Shown here: piece by piece, positions 23,315 through 36,716 of the stretch
Numbering within the stretch: the stretch's first letter is position 1
Layout of the letters: each line of letters begins with the position of its first letter
Origin: Squalus acanthias
Taxonomy: Eukaryota
Length of the DNA stretch: 64,000 bases
Assembly (NCBI GenBank): GCA_030390025.1
Contig: CM059432.1
Span: 31,932,001 to 31,996,000, forward strand
Direction of reading: 5' to 3'
The notes under the pieces: generated by a model
What the model saw: only the letters and a program-made list of their open reading frames with translations
What the model was told of the DNA's origin: nothing
Database searches by the model: none
Position numbers and translations under genes: made by a program

Positions 23315-25012
23315 TACACACTAATATGTTTGAAATGCACACCAATATGTATGAGAGAGAACTGGATTGATTGACTAATGTCAGATTGCTCCTGATGTTC
23401 ACTGTCTACGTTCACTCATGAAGAATGGCCAGTTGGGTGGGTAACACCGACATTTGTCACTTGTGGAACTGGCCCCCAGCATAAACCAGCACCTTCAGGA
23501 GTGGAGTGTAAAATGTGAACAAAAAATTACAACAAAGAAAAAAAATCAGTCACATCACAACTGTTGTGATGTAAGATTTTATCGAAGTAGCCCAGAAAAA
23601 AAGTACTATTGTTTTCAGTCTACAAAGTGGTGATGTGCATTTTACAGTAATTGAAGGAGTAGGAGTGGCTTTTCAGTACCTGGAAGAAGCAAAATACAGT
23701 AAAGAAATAATAAAGAACCTAGAGTGCTTGTATACTCAAAAGATGAGATGGAACACATCCAAGAATAATTACCAAGTAGGTGTGGCTGAACCATTTCACT
23801 ATGTAAGCAGAGGTAGTACCAGGAGGTTGAACTGTAACTTCAAAGTCAGAAGCACGATACCCTAAATTACAGACCTGTTAACTTGGTCTATAGTAGGAAC
23901 CGCAAACTATTATAAAGGATGCCCTTCAAGCACATCCAAAATGAACAAGGATAGTAGTTGATGAATGATTGATAATAGCTAGATCTTCAGAAGGCATTTG
24001 ATGGAGTGCATCACAGAGACTTGGGCCAACCTGAAAGCTCTTGAGAGGCGAAAGGAGGAAGTAGTAAATTGACTGAATATAACCAACAAAGGAGAATGAT
24101 CAATGGTGGTACATCTAATTGGATGGCTGTGTCCAATCGAATACTCCAGGGATTCGTCCTGGGACATCTGCTGTTCACAGTATTTATAAAAAGTATTTAT
24201 AATATCAATGATATTAGACAGGCAGTTTTTTTAAGTATGTAGATGAGAATGAATAAATTCAGATAATGGAATGTTGAAAGGAAAGGGGAAAAATTTAGAC
24301 ATCTAGAGTGACTTAGCAATGGAACAGATGAATTTTAAATGGAACTTAAATATTGAAAAATGTTTGATATGGTAAGTAATGCATATGATAAAATAAAGGA
24401 TGTCATTAAATAGATCAGTTGAGAACAGAATAAATCTCGAACAGATGACCAAACATCGAGAGTACTGTCAGTGTAGGATAATGGGTACAAAGGTACATGA
24501 AATTAAAAACTCTGAAGACTAGAATTCTGAAATAAAATATAAAATCCTGGAAATGCACAGTAGGCCAATCAGCATCTAATAAAGATAGAAGATGAGTTAA
24601 GATTTTGGCTGGGAATATAGCTGGTGAGTTTAGTAAAATGTTGGGACATCCTAGTAGATGCAAATCATGTCAGTGCAACGAACAGATAATGTTCAGTAAT
24701 ACATTGCATGGACTATTCAATGGAGCATTGTATCGCAATGTGGTCAGTAGTTTTGCGAAGATGCAGAAACAAATCAAAATAATTCAGAGAAGAACAACGA
24801 AGATCAATGAGCAGTGAAGAGAGCCCGAGGAACCGAAAGGACTGGTGCAGCATGAGATCCAAGCTTCAATATATGTATACAGTTTTCATGCACATCAAGG
24901 GTATAAAACAAAGATACCATTATAGGTTTAAGCAGGAATTAGTTGAACTCAGCTCTTTCACGGTTGAAGTCCTTACCATCTCGCAAAGCGTGCCAGCTGT
25001 TAGAGTAAATAA

Positions 25013-25477
25013 AGGCCCTGAAGTCGCGGTCTCAGTGACGGCGTATGCACAGCGTAAGCCTTGTAAACGATCCACAAGTTCCGGGTTTCCGCATGCGCTG
25101 CGTGTGCACGAAAACCCAGAACTTGCCATCGGTCAAGGTTCGCCTTGACAGATCGTCCTCCTGCGACCCAAAACCACTTTCGCTGACGCGGAGTTATTTG
25201 CCCAGCAAATGCCCACAAAACCCTTATGCCTGGTAAAAGCAGGTATTGGGCCTGCTTTTTACCAGCGTAAGGGTTAATATAAAAGTTAAATTAGAAAATT
25301 TTAAATAAAAAAAAAATACACAAACACTTAAAATTAGTTTATGTAAATTTTGGTCCGGATTAAAATGTTCAAAATTATTTCTCAAATTACATTTTTATTT
25401 TAAATGCTTCATTAAAGGGACTTTGAATTAATTTTAAAAATGGGAGCATTTATACGCTTCCGACTGCAAATTTCGGC
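25013..25477. mobile_element. MITE-like element related to 4894-5797
   Basis: Ends GGCCCTGAAGT / AAATTTCGGCCC; same CTGGTAAAAGCAGG..CCTGCTTTTTACCAG hairpin at 25230-25265. Confidence 0.55.
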
Positions 25478-25801
25478 CCAATAACTTTAGATTAAACATT
25501 CAAAGGGGAAAAAATCATTTCCTGATTCAGCAAAGGAGTAGAGGGATATTGGTAAGAGAAATGCATATTTTTTTAATGTTTCAGATCTTGAAAAATACTG
25601 TTCCTAAAAATTGGGTTGGTACCTTGAACAAAAAGTAGTCCCCCCAAGACTTGACTTCACGTTTTAAGGTTAGCTGTGAGATTTCTTTCTTTATAGGAGT
25701 CTTCCTGCTCCTTTTCTCCACCAATCACCTGGCACCATTCTTGGCTGAGGGGGAGTGGTTTGCCCACTCCCAGGCATCTCTCTCTACAGCCATTTTTGAA
25801 C

Positions 25802-26222
25802 TGTCAGCTTAGCTCAGTTAGTAGCACACACTCCTCTGAGCCAGAAAGTTATGGGCTTAAGCTTTACTCCAGGCCTTAAGCACATAATTTACGCTGATAC
25901 TCCAGTACAGTACTGCGGGATTGTTGCATTGTCAACGGTGCTTTTCCTTTGGATGACATGTTAAGGAAAAGGCCCCATCTGTCTGTTCAGGTGTAATGTT
26001 AAAGTTCCCATGATATTACTCCAAAGAAGAGCAGGGAATTCTTCGAGTCCTGCTAACATCTTTCTCTTAACTGACAAACAGATTAACTGATCACTCATTT
26101 GTTGGACATTGCTGTGTGCGAAATGGCTACTTCATTTGCATATATAGCAGTGACTGTGATTCATTGTATTTGAAGCACTCTCATTTCTGAGTGACACAAA
26201 TTCGCCATGTAAATGCAAGTTT
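25802..26222 (+). mobile_element. Decayed Deu-domain SINE
   Basis: AGCTCAGTTAG head; core similar to 44621-45078. Confidence 0.7.
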
Positions 26223-26754
26223 TTTTTGAAAAGGGAAATGTGCAAACTGATTAGAATGACTCTCCTTTGTTTGGCAGTTTGCATACAACACTGCTGAGTT
26301 CAGTAGAGATGGTCCCACAGTACTGCGATGCCATATTTACGTGTTTCAAAGTGCTGCACATGTTTGTATTTTAAAGTGAATCTTTGCTGTCTGAATGTGC
26401 CTTATATTGTGGAACACTGATAGCAATATCCTCTGCTCTTTTCAGAGTGTAACTACAGCTACATTTTGGCTAAAAGAAAAGATCATCACTGAGAACATGC
26501 AAAACTGCTTTCTAGCAAATCCAGAGCGTGCAAACTAAGCTGTAATTTGCTGCATTTCTGCACAATTACTGTATTATTGCTGCTCGATTCCCAGATCCTA
26601 TGCATGCTGTGTTCATTGGTTGTTCTTGGATACTCTTCTGTCTGATCTCTTCATTGCTAAATTCTTGGCCCCATTTTCTTACTCTTCATTGCTCAGTCTA
26701 CATTCCCATTTTACAAATGCTAATAAGTGGGTTGTGTGTTGCATTATAGTTTAA

Positions 26755-27186
26755 AAGAAAAGAACTTGCATTTATAGTGAATTTTGTGAGCTCATTGTCC
26801 CAAAGCACTTCCCTGTCAATTATGTACTTTTTGGAGTGTAGTCACTCGTAAAGTAGGAAAACAGGGCGGCCAATTTGCGCACAGCAATATCCCGCAAACC
26901 ACCATGAGCTAGATAACCAGATAATCTGTTTAGTGATTTTATTGAGAGAAATATTAGCCAGAACTCTCAGACAACTTCCATGCTGTTCTTCAAATGTTGT
27001 CATGGGACCTTTTATGTCCAGCTGAGAGGGCAGGCAGGACCTCGGTTTAACGTCTGCTCCGACAGTGCAGCCTTCACTCAGTACGTAACTGAAGTGTCAA
27101 CCTAAAATATGTGCTAACGTCTCTGGAGTGGGGCTTAAACCCACGATCTTATGACTTTGAGGCGAGGTTGCTATCACTGAGCCGAG
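26755..27186 (-). mobile_element. Deu-domain SINE
   Basis: Collinear with 15031-15477. Confidence 0.8.
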
Positions 27187-27278
27187 GAAAGCACCTCTTT
27201 CATGTTGGTTAGTTTCACGATGGAGCTATTTCCAAATTTCTCTCTGGCAGAAACAATTTATACTTGTCTTTATACTAG

Positions 27279-29935
27279 ATAGAGAGGGGAAAAGGGGAGG
27301 TGGAGTAGCTGTACTTATTAGTACATAATTAGAGCAGATAAGAGAAGTAAATGACAGTAGAAAAAAGGGACGTAGATATCAGCAAGACAAAAATAGAATC
27401 CATATGGATAGAGATAAAAGATAATAAAGGATCAATCACACTAATAGGGGTAGTCTACAGGCCACCCAATAGTGGAAGGCAGGTGGAGGAGGAAATATGT
27501 AGAGAAATGAGTAAAAAACATAGAATAATAATCATGGGGGATTTCAACTACCCTGATATTAATTGGACAGAAGAGGTAGGTAAAGGGGATAAGGGAATGG
27601 AGTTCCTACAATGTCTACAGGACTCCTTTCTAACCCAGTATGTAAAAAGCCCTACAAGGGAGGATTCACTATTGGATCTAGTTTTGGGGAATGAGCCAGA
27701 GCAGATAAGAGAAGTAAATTTAGGGGAACATCTAGGCAATGGTGACTATAATATAATACGCTTTAAGATGATAATGGAGAAGGACATAAGTATGACAAAA
27801 ACCAGGTTAATAGATTGGAGAAAAGCTGATTTTGAGGGGCTGAGAATAGAGCTGGAAGATAAAATGAGCAACAATATTGGCAAACAACGATGTAGAACGA
27901 CAATGGGAAACATTTAAAACGATGTTCAACAGAGTGCAGGAAAAATATATTCTGCTAAAAGGAAAGAACAAACTAAACACTAATGAGACTCCATGGATGA
28001 ATAAAGACATAAGTGAACAATTGAGGGTAAGGAAAGAGGCATACATTAAGTACAGAGACAGCAGAGGAGTGTATGATAAGAGAGAATACAAAGGGATTAG
28101 GAGAGAAGTCAAAAAAACAATTAGGAAGGCAAAGAGGAACTATGAAATTAAATTATCAAGGAACATAAAACAAAATAGTAAAATATTTTACAGGCACATC
28201 AATTAAAAAAAATAAAGTTGGATGGGAATAGGGCTATTAAGGGATAGACAGGACAATGCCACAGGTAACGATAGAGTGATGGCAGAAATAGTAAATCATT
28301 ATTTTGCTTCGGTATTTACCAGGGAGATAGAACAGGTGGATATGACATTGGATGAGATGAGTAATGAGATAAGTGCGTTTTAAAATTTTTTTTAAAGGGG
28401 ATATATTAAGTAAACTAATCAAACTCAGGATAAAACCCCTGGTCTGGATGGATTGCATCCACGCATTTTTAAAGAATCTAGGGAAGAGATAGCAGAGGCA
28501 TTACTACACATTTAATAATTCGTTAGAAAAAGGTGTAGTGCCAGAGGACTGGCAGATAGCTAATTTAATACCTATATTTAAGAAGGGGGATAGAACATGT
28601 CCAGGGGATTATAGACCAGTCAGCTTAACGTCGGTGGAATCCCTACTAAAGGAGAAAATAGAAGAACATCTAGAAATGAAAAGTATAATAATGAATAGTC
28701 ACCATGGATTTCAAAAGGGAAAATCTTGCTTGACCAACCTCCTTGAATTTTTTGAAGAGGTAAGAGACAGTAGACAATGATAATGCAGTAGATGTAATTT
28801 ATCTAGATTTTCAAAAGGCCTTCGATGAGGTACCCCATAATAGACTAATGAATAAGGTCAGAGAATGCAGAGTCGGGACAAGTAGCAGAATGGATTGCTA
28901 GCTGGCTTCAAGACAGAAAGCAGAGAGTGGAAGTAAAGGGGTAGCTATTCAGTGGCAGAAGGTGGGTAGTGGTATTCCACAAGGATCAGTGCTGGGACCA
29001 CTGCTGTTCACAATTTACATTAACGATTTAGACTTTGGAATCAAAAACACAATTTCAAAATTTACGGATGATACCAAATTGGGGGGGGATGTCAATACTG
29101 AGGAGGACTGCAACAAATTACAGGAGGACATTAATAAACTTGCAGAGTGGGCATACAATTGGCAAATGAAGCTCAACATGGATAAATGTGAGAGACTACA
29201 TTTTGGTAGGAAGAATAGGGAGGTCACTTATTACTTGGAGGGTGCGAGTCTAGGTGGGGTAGAGGAACAAAGGGATCTCGGAGTATAAATACACTCATCA
29301 CTAAAAGTTGCGACACAGGTTAGCAAGTCCTTAAAAAAGCAAACCAAGCACTAGGGTTTATTTCTAGAGGTAGTTGAAAAGTAGGGAATTTATGCTAAAC
29401 CTGTATCGAACCTTGGTTGGACCACGCTTGGACTACTGCGTACAGTTCTGGTCGCAATATAAAACGGATATAGAGGCACTGGAGAGGATGCGAAGAAGAT
29501 TTACAAGGATGATACCAGAAATGAGAGGGTATACATATCAGGAAAGGATGAACAGGCTGGGTCTCTTTTTGCTTGAAAAAAGAAGGGTGACCCAGAGTGG
29601 ATACAGAGAGAATGTTTCCACTTGTGGGGAAGAGCATAACTACAGGCCATCAATATAAGATAGTCACCAAGAAATCCAAAAGAGAATTCAGAAGAAACTT
29701 CCTACCCCAAAGAGTGGTGAGAATGTGGAATTCGCTACCACGGAGTGGTTGAAGCGAATAGTATAGATGCATTTAAGAGGAGGCTAGACAAACATATGAG
29801 GGAGAAGGGAATAGAGGGTTACGCTGAAAGATTTAGATGAGGAAAGGCGGGAGGTGGCTCAAGTGGAGCATAAATACCGGCATGGACTGGTTGGGCCGAA
29901 TGGCCTGTTTCTGTGCCGTATATCACATGTAATAC
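27279..29935 (+). mobile_element. CR1/HER1-type LINE ORF2, 5'-truncated and frameshifted; same subfamily as 1564-4890, opposite orientation
   Basis: Near-identical APE peptide (KDNKGSITLIGVVYRPPNSGR...) and 3' UTR. Confidence 0.93.
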
Positions 29936-30918
29936 TACTTGGTCCTGCGACCCATTAATGTCATGTCATCATCTTCAAGTAGGTCAGTTTATTAGCTTGT
30001 TAAACAAGATCTCGAATTTAAGGAGATGGATTATTCGCAGTTGAAGTTATTTATCCTTTGGTTACATCATAAGCAATGGATATAACTGACTAAAACACAT
30101 TACATTTATCCATGCAGTATTGCACATATAACTGTAGCCTGTGTAAAACTTAGCTGAACCTATTGACTTAATTACAGATGCCCCTTAAATTATCAGCAAA
30201 TTAGCCATACAGGATGATGTGCTCCTGAATTTCTACGTCTTTGCATTCAAAGATAAATTGATATAGATCAGGAGTTGCATGTTTTTTTATTGAGAACGCA
30301 AGGTTGAAGACCAAGGCCCAAAATTCAGAACACCAAGATTCAAATGGGTAAGAAAGAAGATGTGAATCAGGAAATGATGATCAGGTATATTAAACTTGCA
30401 TTGAAAAGCCTGAAGATTGTTGGAGAAAGATGAAGGAGAAGGGAATTAAGGAGTTGCACAGTTTGAGGTCTTGGGAGAGAATGAGTTAAAACTGAGGGAT
30501 GATTCTTAATTCCATCAAAGGTCATTTTGGCAGAAGTGGTTTTGCATTCTAGCCCAAGGCAGCTGGTGCTGTGGAATCTGCCCCTTGTACATTGCAGGGT
30601 TGATTCTACGAAAGAGATTAACAACTGCACATAAAGCTTAGTTGGAACATCATTGTTCGTGACTTTGCTTTAATTCTTTGTTGTTTAGCAATAAACACTG
30701 GAAACATTTTAGCATCTAGGTAATGAATTTCTGAAGCAAAGTTTTAGTTTAACTGCAATCTAATTCCCTGTTAATGAGTATCCAGCAGTACAAAGATTGG
30801 GCTGATGCAATTTTATTCAATAATTTTGCTCTTTCAGGATCAGAGGGAGCTGCGATTTTAAAAACTCCAATCTTTTCAAAATGGGATCATTTGTATTTAT
30901 GAATTAAATATCACACTG

Positions 30919-31085
30919 AGGTAGATTTTTCTCTCCAGGTCCCAAGCATAAGCGCTTACCTCAAATTTAGACAGAACCTCTACATGAGGTACTGAAGTTA
31001 TTAGGAGGAAAATTGTTGTGTCCAAATTTGCGCTTAATGCTTACACCCTGCTAAACTTGAGTGCTGAGGTGAAAATTTCCACCCC
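30919..31085. repeat. Imperfect palindromic MITE-like element
   Basis: AGGTAGATTTT...AAAATTTCCACCCC ends; internal CAAATTTAGACA / TGTCCAAATTTG. Confidence 0.5.
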
Positions 31086-32810
31086 GTTTTCTTTTGTGCT
31101 CCTACTGTTATCTCAAACCATTCAATTTAAGAAATAACACTTAACAAAATCATTAGTAGCCCTTTAAATTGCTCACTCTGTAAGTGCCCTGCTTGCTAAT
31201 GGTATCCAGGTTTGATTCCCAGTCTGTGCTGAGTTAGCTATTCAAAGCTAAGGGTTGTTACATTTAGGGTCAAAGGCTTAACATTAGGGAGGAGATGAAT
31301 CAGCCAGAGTTCCCAATGCAGATCACCAGCCAGTGACTCCAGACGGCGACTGAGGACAGATGCGACTTTGTTGTGATGCATATCCCCCGCCTCCTCCTTA
31401 TACACGCGCGCGCACATTCAAATATCATCCCAGCATAATCTAATATATGATATGATGGATGGCTATTTGAGTGATGTTGTTGCATCTGTGGAACCATAAA
31501 CCCAAGAAGGAGGTAGTACTTTCAAAAGGAGAGGGGGAAAAAAATTCAGGGGGTGGGGGAGCAGGGGAGAAATTAACATTCCAAATTTGTCTCAACTTCT
31601 AGCTTAACTTGGGGAACCCATTTATACATAAAAGCTTTAAACAATTCAATCTAAGCACCACAGCCTCGGTTGATTGTAAGATAACGTAACGAAAAGAGGG
31701 CCATATAGCCCATTTCTTCCAGCAGTTCGTACAGTTTGAGCTGTAGGCTTCAGCCAGCACATTAATCACTGAAGAACGAAGAAGAAACACAGTTGAAACT
31801 TGCAGAAAGAATTTTCTCCATAATCCCTAAAGGAATCTATTTGCCATTTCAATCTGCCATTAAACCCAGACCACTTGCATTCCTCGGCTTTAATTTCCAT
31901 GGCCCAACAGAACCAGAACCACGGTGTTATTTGGAGCATTTTTGCCAAATTTCACCCAATTTAAAAAAAATCACCGAACCACTACTTGGAGAACTGGAAA
32001 AGACCTAGTTCCAGTGACTAGGAAATTATATATACCATGATACCTGTCATACCCCTCTGTCAAATTTTTCTCCAAGTACTTCTAGTCTCTTTTATTCCTT
32101 GTGTCTAACCTATTGCACAACCCAGTCTCCACGTCGCCTTCATATCTTGCTGAGTTGTTTTGTTTCTTTCTTCATCCTTCTTTGTGTACACAATGGGTAC
32201 TGCATGATGCCGAGGAGCACATTGGAAGAGAAATATGTGTTGGGGAATATTAGTAATTCTGTCATTTAATGATGAAAATAAAGCTGGAGTAGTTCATCAG
32301 CATAACCCTAACTGCTTTAAGCTGACTTCCAGTTACTATATTTTAACATATAATCTGTAAATAATAGTGAAACATATCATTGTTTTTACACTTATGTGGT
32401 GGATAGAGAGGTGTTATAGGGGACTTATAGAGCTATACAAGGTAATTAACTGCATAGGAAAGATGCATTGTGGCACAGTATATGGAAGCCCTGGTGTTTG
32501 GTGTTGGAGCATGTTGGGGTCCTGGTGTGTGGCACCACATCAACTCATCTATGATGAGCTACTTTGGGGGGATGTGTAATGTAGAGGCCTGGTGTCCTTG
32601 TGCAGGGTGGGAAAGAAAAATCTAACACTGCTGAGTGCCCCCCAAGCATTATGAGCTGATGACTGACAGTGAATGACCTGCCCTCAGCTGTGCATGGCAC
32701 ATACTGAAAGGGAAAGAAATAAGAGGATTTGTGCTCTCTCTAAAAAGCTTTAACGAAATGAACCAGAAAAATACCACGCCTTTTATAAAATAAATAATGA
32801 GTTAATTATA

Positions 32811-33699
32811 TGTATAAGATCCCAGAGGGACCCTGGTTCTAAATGGTTAGATTTATTAAGCATAAGCAAGACTTAATACATTACAGTATTCGAGCAGCAG
32901 TTTACAGAGTGTAATTGAGACTTGTATTACCCCGTTATAATCTGGGTAGAAGCGCAACCGCAACCATGAGTAAGCTGCACCCGGTTCTCGTCTCTGTTTC
33001 CCTGGTGTCTCCTTGATTCTTCCTGAAATCTTCTAAACTTTGTGGCTGTTAAGATCCCCTTCTTATACCCTTGCTCTCATTCAAAACCTATGGAGTCTTA
33101 CTGAACCAATCACTGGCTTACATCCAAATTCCAATCATAAGATACCACGTCTGCAGCTCCTTGGCTTACGCAGGTTTCTAGTCTCATGACACCCTGTTCT
33201 GCTTTTTGACCATCAAGACTCATATTTGGGGTAGTTATGGCAACACAAAAGGAACATGTCTCCATAGTGTAGAGATATGGTGTCCTTGCTGTTTTTAATT
33301 CATTGCAGACATCATAACATTCCAACACCGTGGCAGCTACACCTGACCTTGCTTCCTAGGTTAGCTGCACTCATCCTTACTATTGGCCAATATCCAACTT
33401 TCACCCAGAGCCTCCCTATTAGACTATAGCAATCCCCTTTCTTACCCCAGACTGTCTGGTTACAGCTTACTCACAGACTTTTAATTATAAGCAAAAGGGT
33501 TACAAATCAAATATAATCCAGGTTATCATTGCATACAATTGATGATTACAGACTTCTACATTTAATTCTTACACACAATTATAAATCCATTATTGATGAT
33601 TATAAGATATTGAGCATTATAAGATATTAAAACAAGTACTCTTTTTAAAAAAAAAAAAAAAAAATTTTTAAAAATCAAATAATCCATGATAATCTTACA
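32811..33699 (-). mobile_element. Solo LTR (889 bp) of an endogenous retrovirus or LTR retrotransposon
   Basis: TG...CA ends with imperfect inverted termini (TGTATAAGAT / ATCTTACA); 4-bp TSD TATA; minus-strand TATA-like GTATAAG near 33065 and AATAAA at 32852-32857. Confidence 0.8.
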
Positions 33700-33869
33700 T
33701 ATATGTTCAATAAATAAGTTAAGATTCAGAGTGAGTGATTACAATGTTATCTGAATCCTTCACTAAATTACTATATTATGCCTTTCATCTAGCATATATA
33801 ACTGACCTCTAACACTTAGATGTTTTGAGCAGTAGTTGATGTTAATTGGAAAATTTCCTTTTTTCACAG

Positions 33870-33922
33870 GAATTTGAAGAAGGAGCTGAATGACATAAGA
33901 TTTGAATTTACTCCAGGTAGAG
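33870..33922 (+). CDS. OXSR1: OXSR1 exon (NLKKELNDIRFEFTPGR), CCT domain
   Basis: CACAG acceptor; G|GTAAG donor; ELNDIRFEFTPGR motif; phase 2/1. Confidence 0.96.
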
Positions 33923-35377
33923 GTAAGATGTTCCTTCATTTTTGCTGGCCCATATTTTTGATTTCATGCTCCAGGTGAGGGATGTCAATGTTGGGAACCT
34001 GCTGCCACTATTGAACATTTATGGATCAGCTATACCACAGTCAGATATAAAGTAAAACTCCCTTTACTCTACCCCATTAAGGTGTCTTAACCCCAACCAC
34101 AGGAAAAATACCCACATTTCCATTTCCCACGGTCAGCCCTCTGACTGCAGCTATTGATTTGTGTCGAATAGTGCACAGGTTTGTGGTGTGAGCCAGCACG
34201 CACTTGGAACTGGGAAGTCCCTAACACCAATAGAAAGGCCAGGGTTCTCAGGAGTTTGGATGACTCGGTGATTTTTTTTCCTCCTCCTTTCATTTTGTAA
34301 TCGCCTTGCACGACGGAAAACAATGTACTATTGATCTGCTCCATGAATGCTACTGTATAGCTGGGCATCAGGAATACAGATAAAAGTAACTAAACTGACC
34401 TGTCTGTTTAATACCTCCATAGAACTATGACTAAGATTGGAAACCACTATGTGAATAGCTGAGTGCATAACTTTCTGGTACTCTCTGCTGACTGTGCAGA
34501 GATTCCGAATGTTGTCTGAATGTCCCTGAATTGTGAAACCGCTTTGTAAAATGTACTGAGCCAGCTGTTCTGCCGTCTTCCACATCCTTTTAAATCAGTT
34601 TTGTTTTGATGATCAAAAGTTCACCCATGAATGGAATTAATCAGTGGATATACTTCGTCACCACACACTGATCTTTCAAACCAAAAGCACAAATTATTAA
34701 AAAGGGTTTACCTTTGAGTGCTGGATTTTGAAAAATGGTGGGACCCTGCTTTCCAGTTAATTCCAATTTAATGCAGTTGTTTTGTAAGTGAGCTGATTAT
34801 GTGACATTTAGTACTCGTGTTATTTTTCAGAACTCTACTTATCCCCCTCCCCCCACTTCAGTTTTCTCCAAGTCTTTCCTGAATAGCTCATGCTGTGGAG
34901 TATGATTTCATGAGTGCCAGCAGCCCCCCAGTATTCCAGCCAAGTGACCATTCATCACATGGACAACAAGTGTCAGCAGGTTATTTGACCAGTGAAGGCA
35001 GCAAAGCCAAGCACAATCCTGTCCTCACCCTACATGCACTTCCCAGCAAGCATCATTGGGTAGGCAGCAGGAGGCCTCGCTGATCTTTCTCTTATTCCCT
35101 TACGTAGTGTTCCAGCATCCTAATTGTCGTCATGGGTGAGATCCGCTAACTCAGCACAGATAGGATTGAACCTGGGACCTTCACGGTCTGTATGTCTGAG
35201 TTCCACACTGAGCAGTGCCAACTTGGCTATTGAGAGAGCCAAAAATGTCTTTTTTTTAAAACATAATGTAGGAGTTCAGATTAAAGACGAATTGTTAAAA
35301 TTTTTAAATAGGTATAACATATTGGTCGGCCTTCGACTAACTGTGTAATTAACGAGTACATACATTTGTTCTGACAG

Positions 35378-35446
35378 ATACAGCAGATGGTGTTTCCCAA
35401 GAACTTGTCTCTGCAGGCCTGGTTGATGGAAAAGATGTAGTAATAG
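35378..35446 (+). CDS. OXSR1: OXSR1 exon (DTADGVSQELVSAGLVDGKDVVI), CCT domain
   Basis: GACAG acceptor; G|GTAAC donor; phase 1/1; conserved GVSQEL.SAGLVDG motif. Confidence 0.96.
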
Positions 35447-36552
35447 GTAACTATTGCCAGGACTGCACTGTATAGTATCTAAATTTGAGGATTTCTTTTT
35501 CTTGGAAGATATTCTATCACTCTCACACTGGATACGGTAGTGCAGTGGATATATTACTGGACTAGTAATCCAGAGGCCTGGAATAATAATGCTGAGAACG
35601 TGAGCTCAAATCCCACATGGCACTTTGAGAATTTAGTTTTTTTTTAAATTGGAAGTAAAAAGTTAGTATTAGTAAATGTAATTGTGAAGCTATTGGATTG
35701 TCATTAAAAACCCACCACTACCTTCTCAAGGGCGACTAGGGATGGGCAATAAATGCTGACCTTGCCAGCCGAGAATGAACTTTAAAATAATTTGACTTTG
35801 GTTTTTTTCCCCCCATCTCTTGGGTGAACGCGAGGATGGAATATTCTTGTGGGCGGTGACATGCTCAGCGGCTCTGGATGAGATGAGACAGTTTTGGTGC
35901 TGCAGGGGCATGCTGCCTATAGGTCAATCACTGTGATTGATGGCAGCTCATTTACAGTTAGGTCAGCAACGCAAAACATCCCGCTTTCCCAGCTGTAAGA
36001 ACTGTGCTGGAAGGAGGAAACAATGAGAGGAGATGGAAATTAAAAGATACTAGTTAACCTTTCGCCTGAAAGATCTTGAAATCCAATTTGAATATAAAAA
36101 TCTATAAGGTTTAAAAAGGCTAAGAGGTTTTTAAAAAAATATTTAAATGTACGATGCTGTGCATTGGTACTTCAATGCGTCAAGTGATGGACTCTGCTGT
36201 TCCTCTTAAGTTCCCACTGTCCACCTGGGAGGAATATTGTGAAGGCCAGCTGTCTCCCTATTCGACTAACCAGTTGTGTAGCTTTTAGCAGACAGTGTTG
36301 GTAGCAGAGGCTGGGGAGTTAGTTGCCAGCACACTGAGGAAGAGGGAGGGAGCATTGGTTGAAAATTAGCTGCTACTTTGGGGTGGAAATTAAATGCAAA
36401 AGAGTTTGAACTGTGCCGACTCTGTCTGATCTGCCTTGATTGTGTTGGTCCTTTCTGATCAAGACTACTTCTGGTGTGGTAATATGCATGAAAAAATGGA
36501 CAATTTAATTTCAGCAGAAATAAATTCAATGATAAGTACGTTTAATATTATT

Positions 36553-36716
36553 GAGTGGAAATTAGTCTTGGTAGCATAAAACAGGCGGTCTCGCTTCAGC
36601 AGCCAGTTATACATTCCACCCGATATTCAGTTCCATTGATTTCAATGTCGGGCGTATAACTGGCAGACAAAGCGAGACTGCCAGTTCTGCACTACTGCCC
36701 AAGACTAATTTCTATC
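36553..36716. repeat. Palindromic MITE-like element
   Basis: GAAATTAGTCTTGG / CCAAGACTAATTTC; GTCTCGCTT / AAGCGAGAC; GCCAGTTATAC / GTATAACTGGC. Confidence 0.8.

Noticed and set aside
31599..32008. Short Trp-rich ORFs
   Set aside because: Frames are broken, and the resemblance to a Tx1/L1 end is too weak to call
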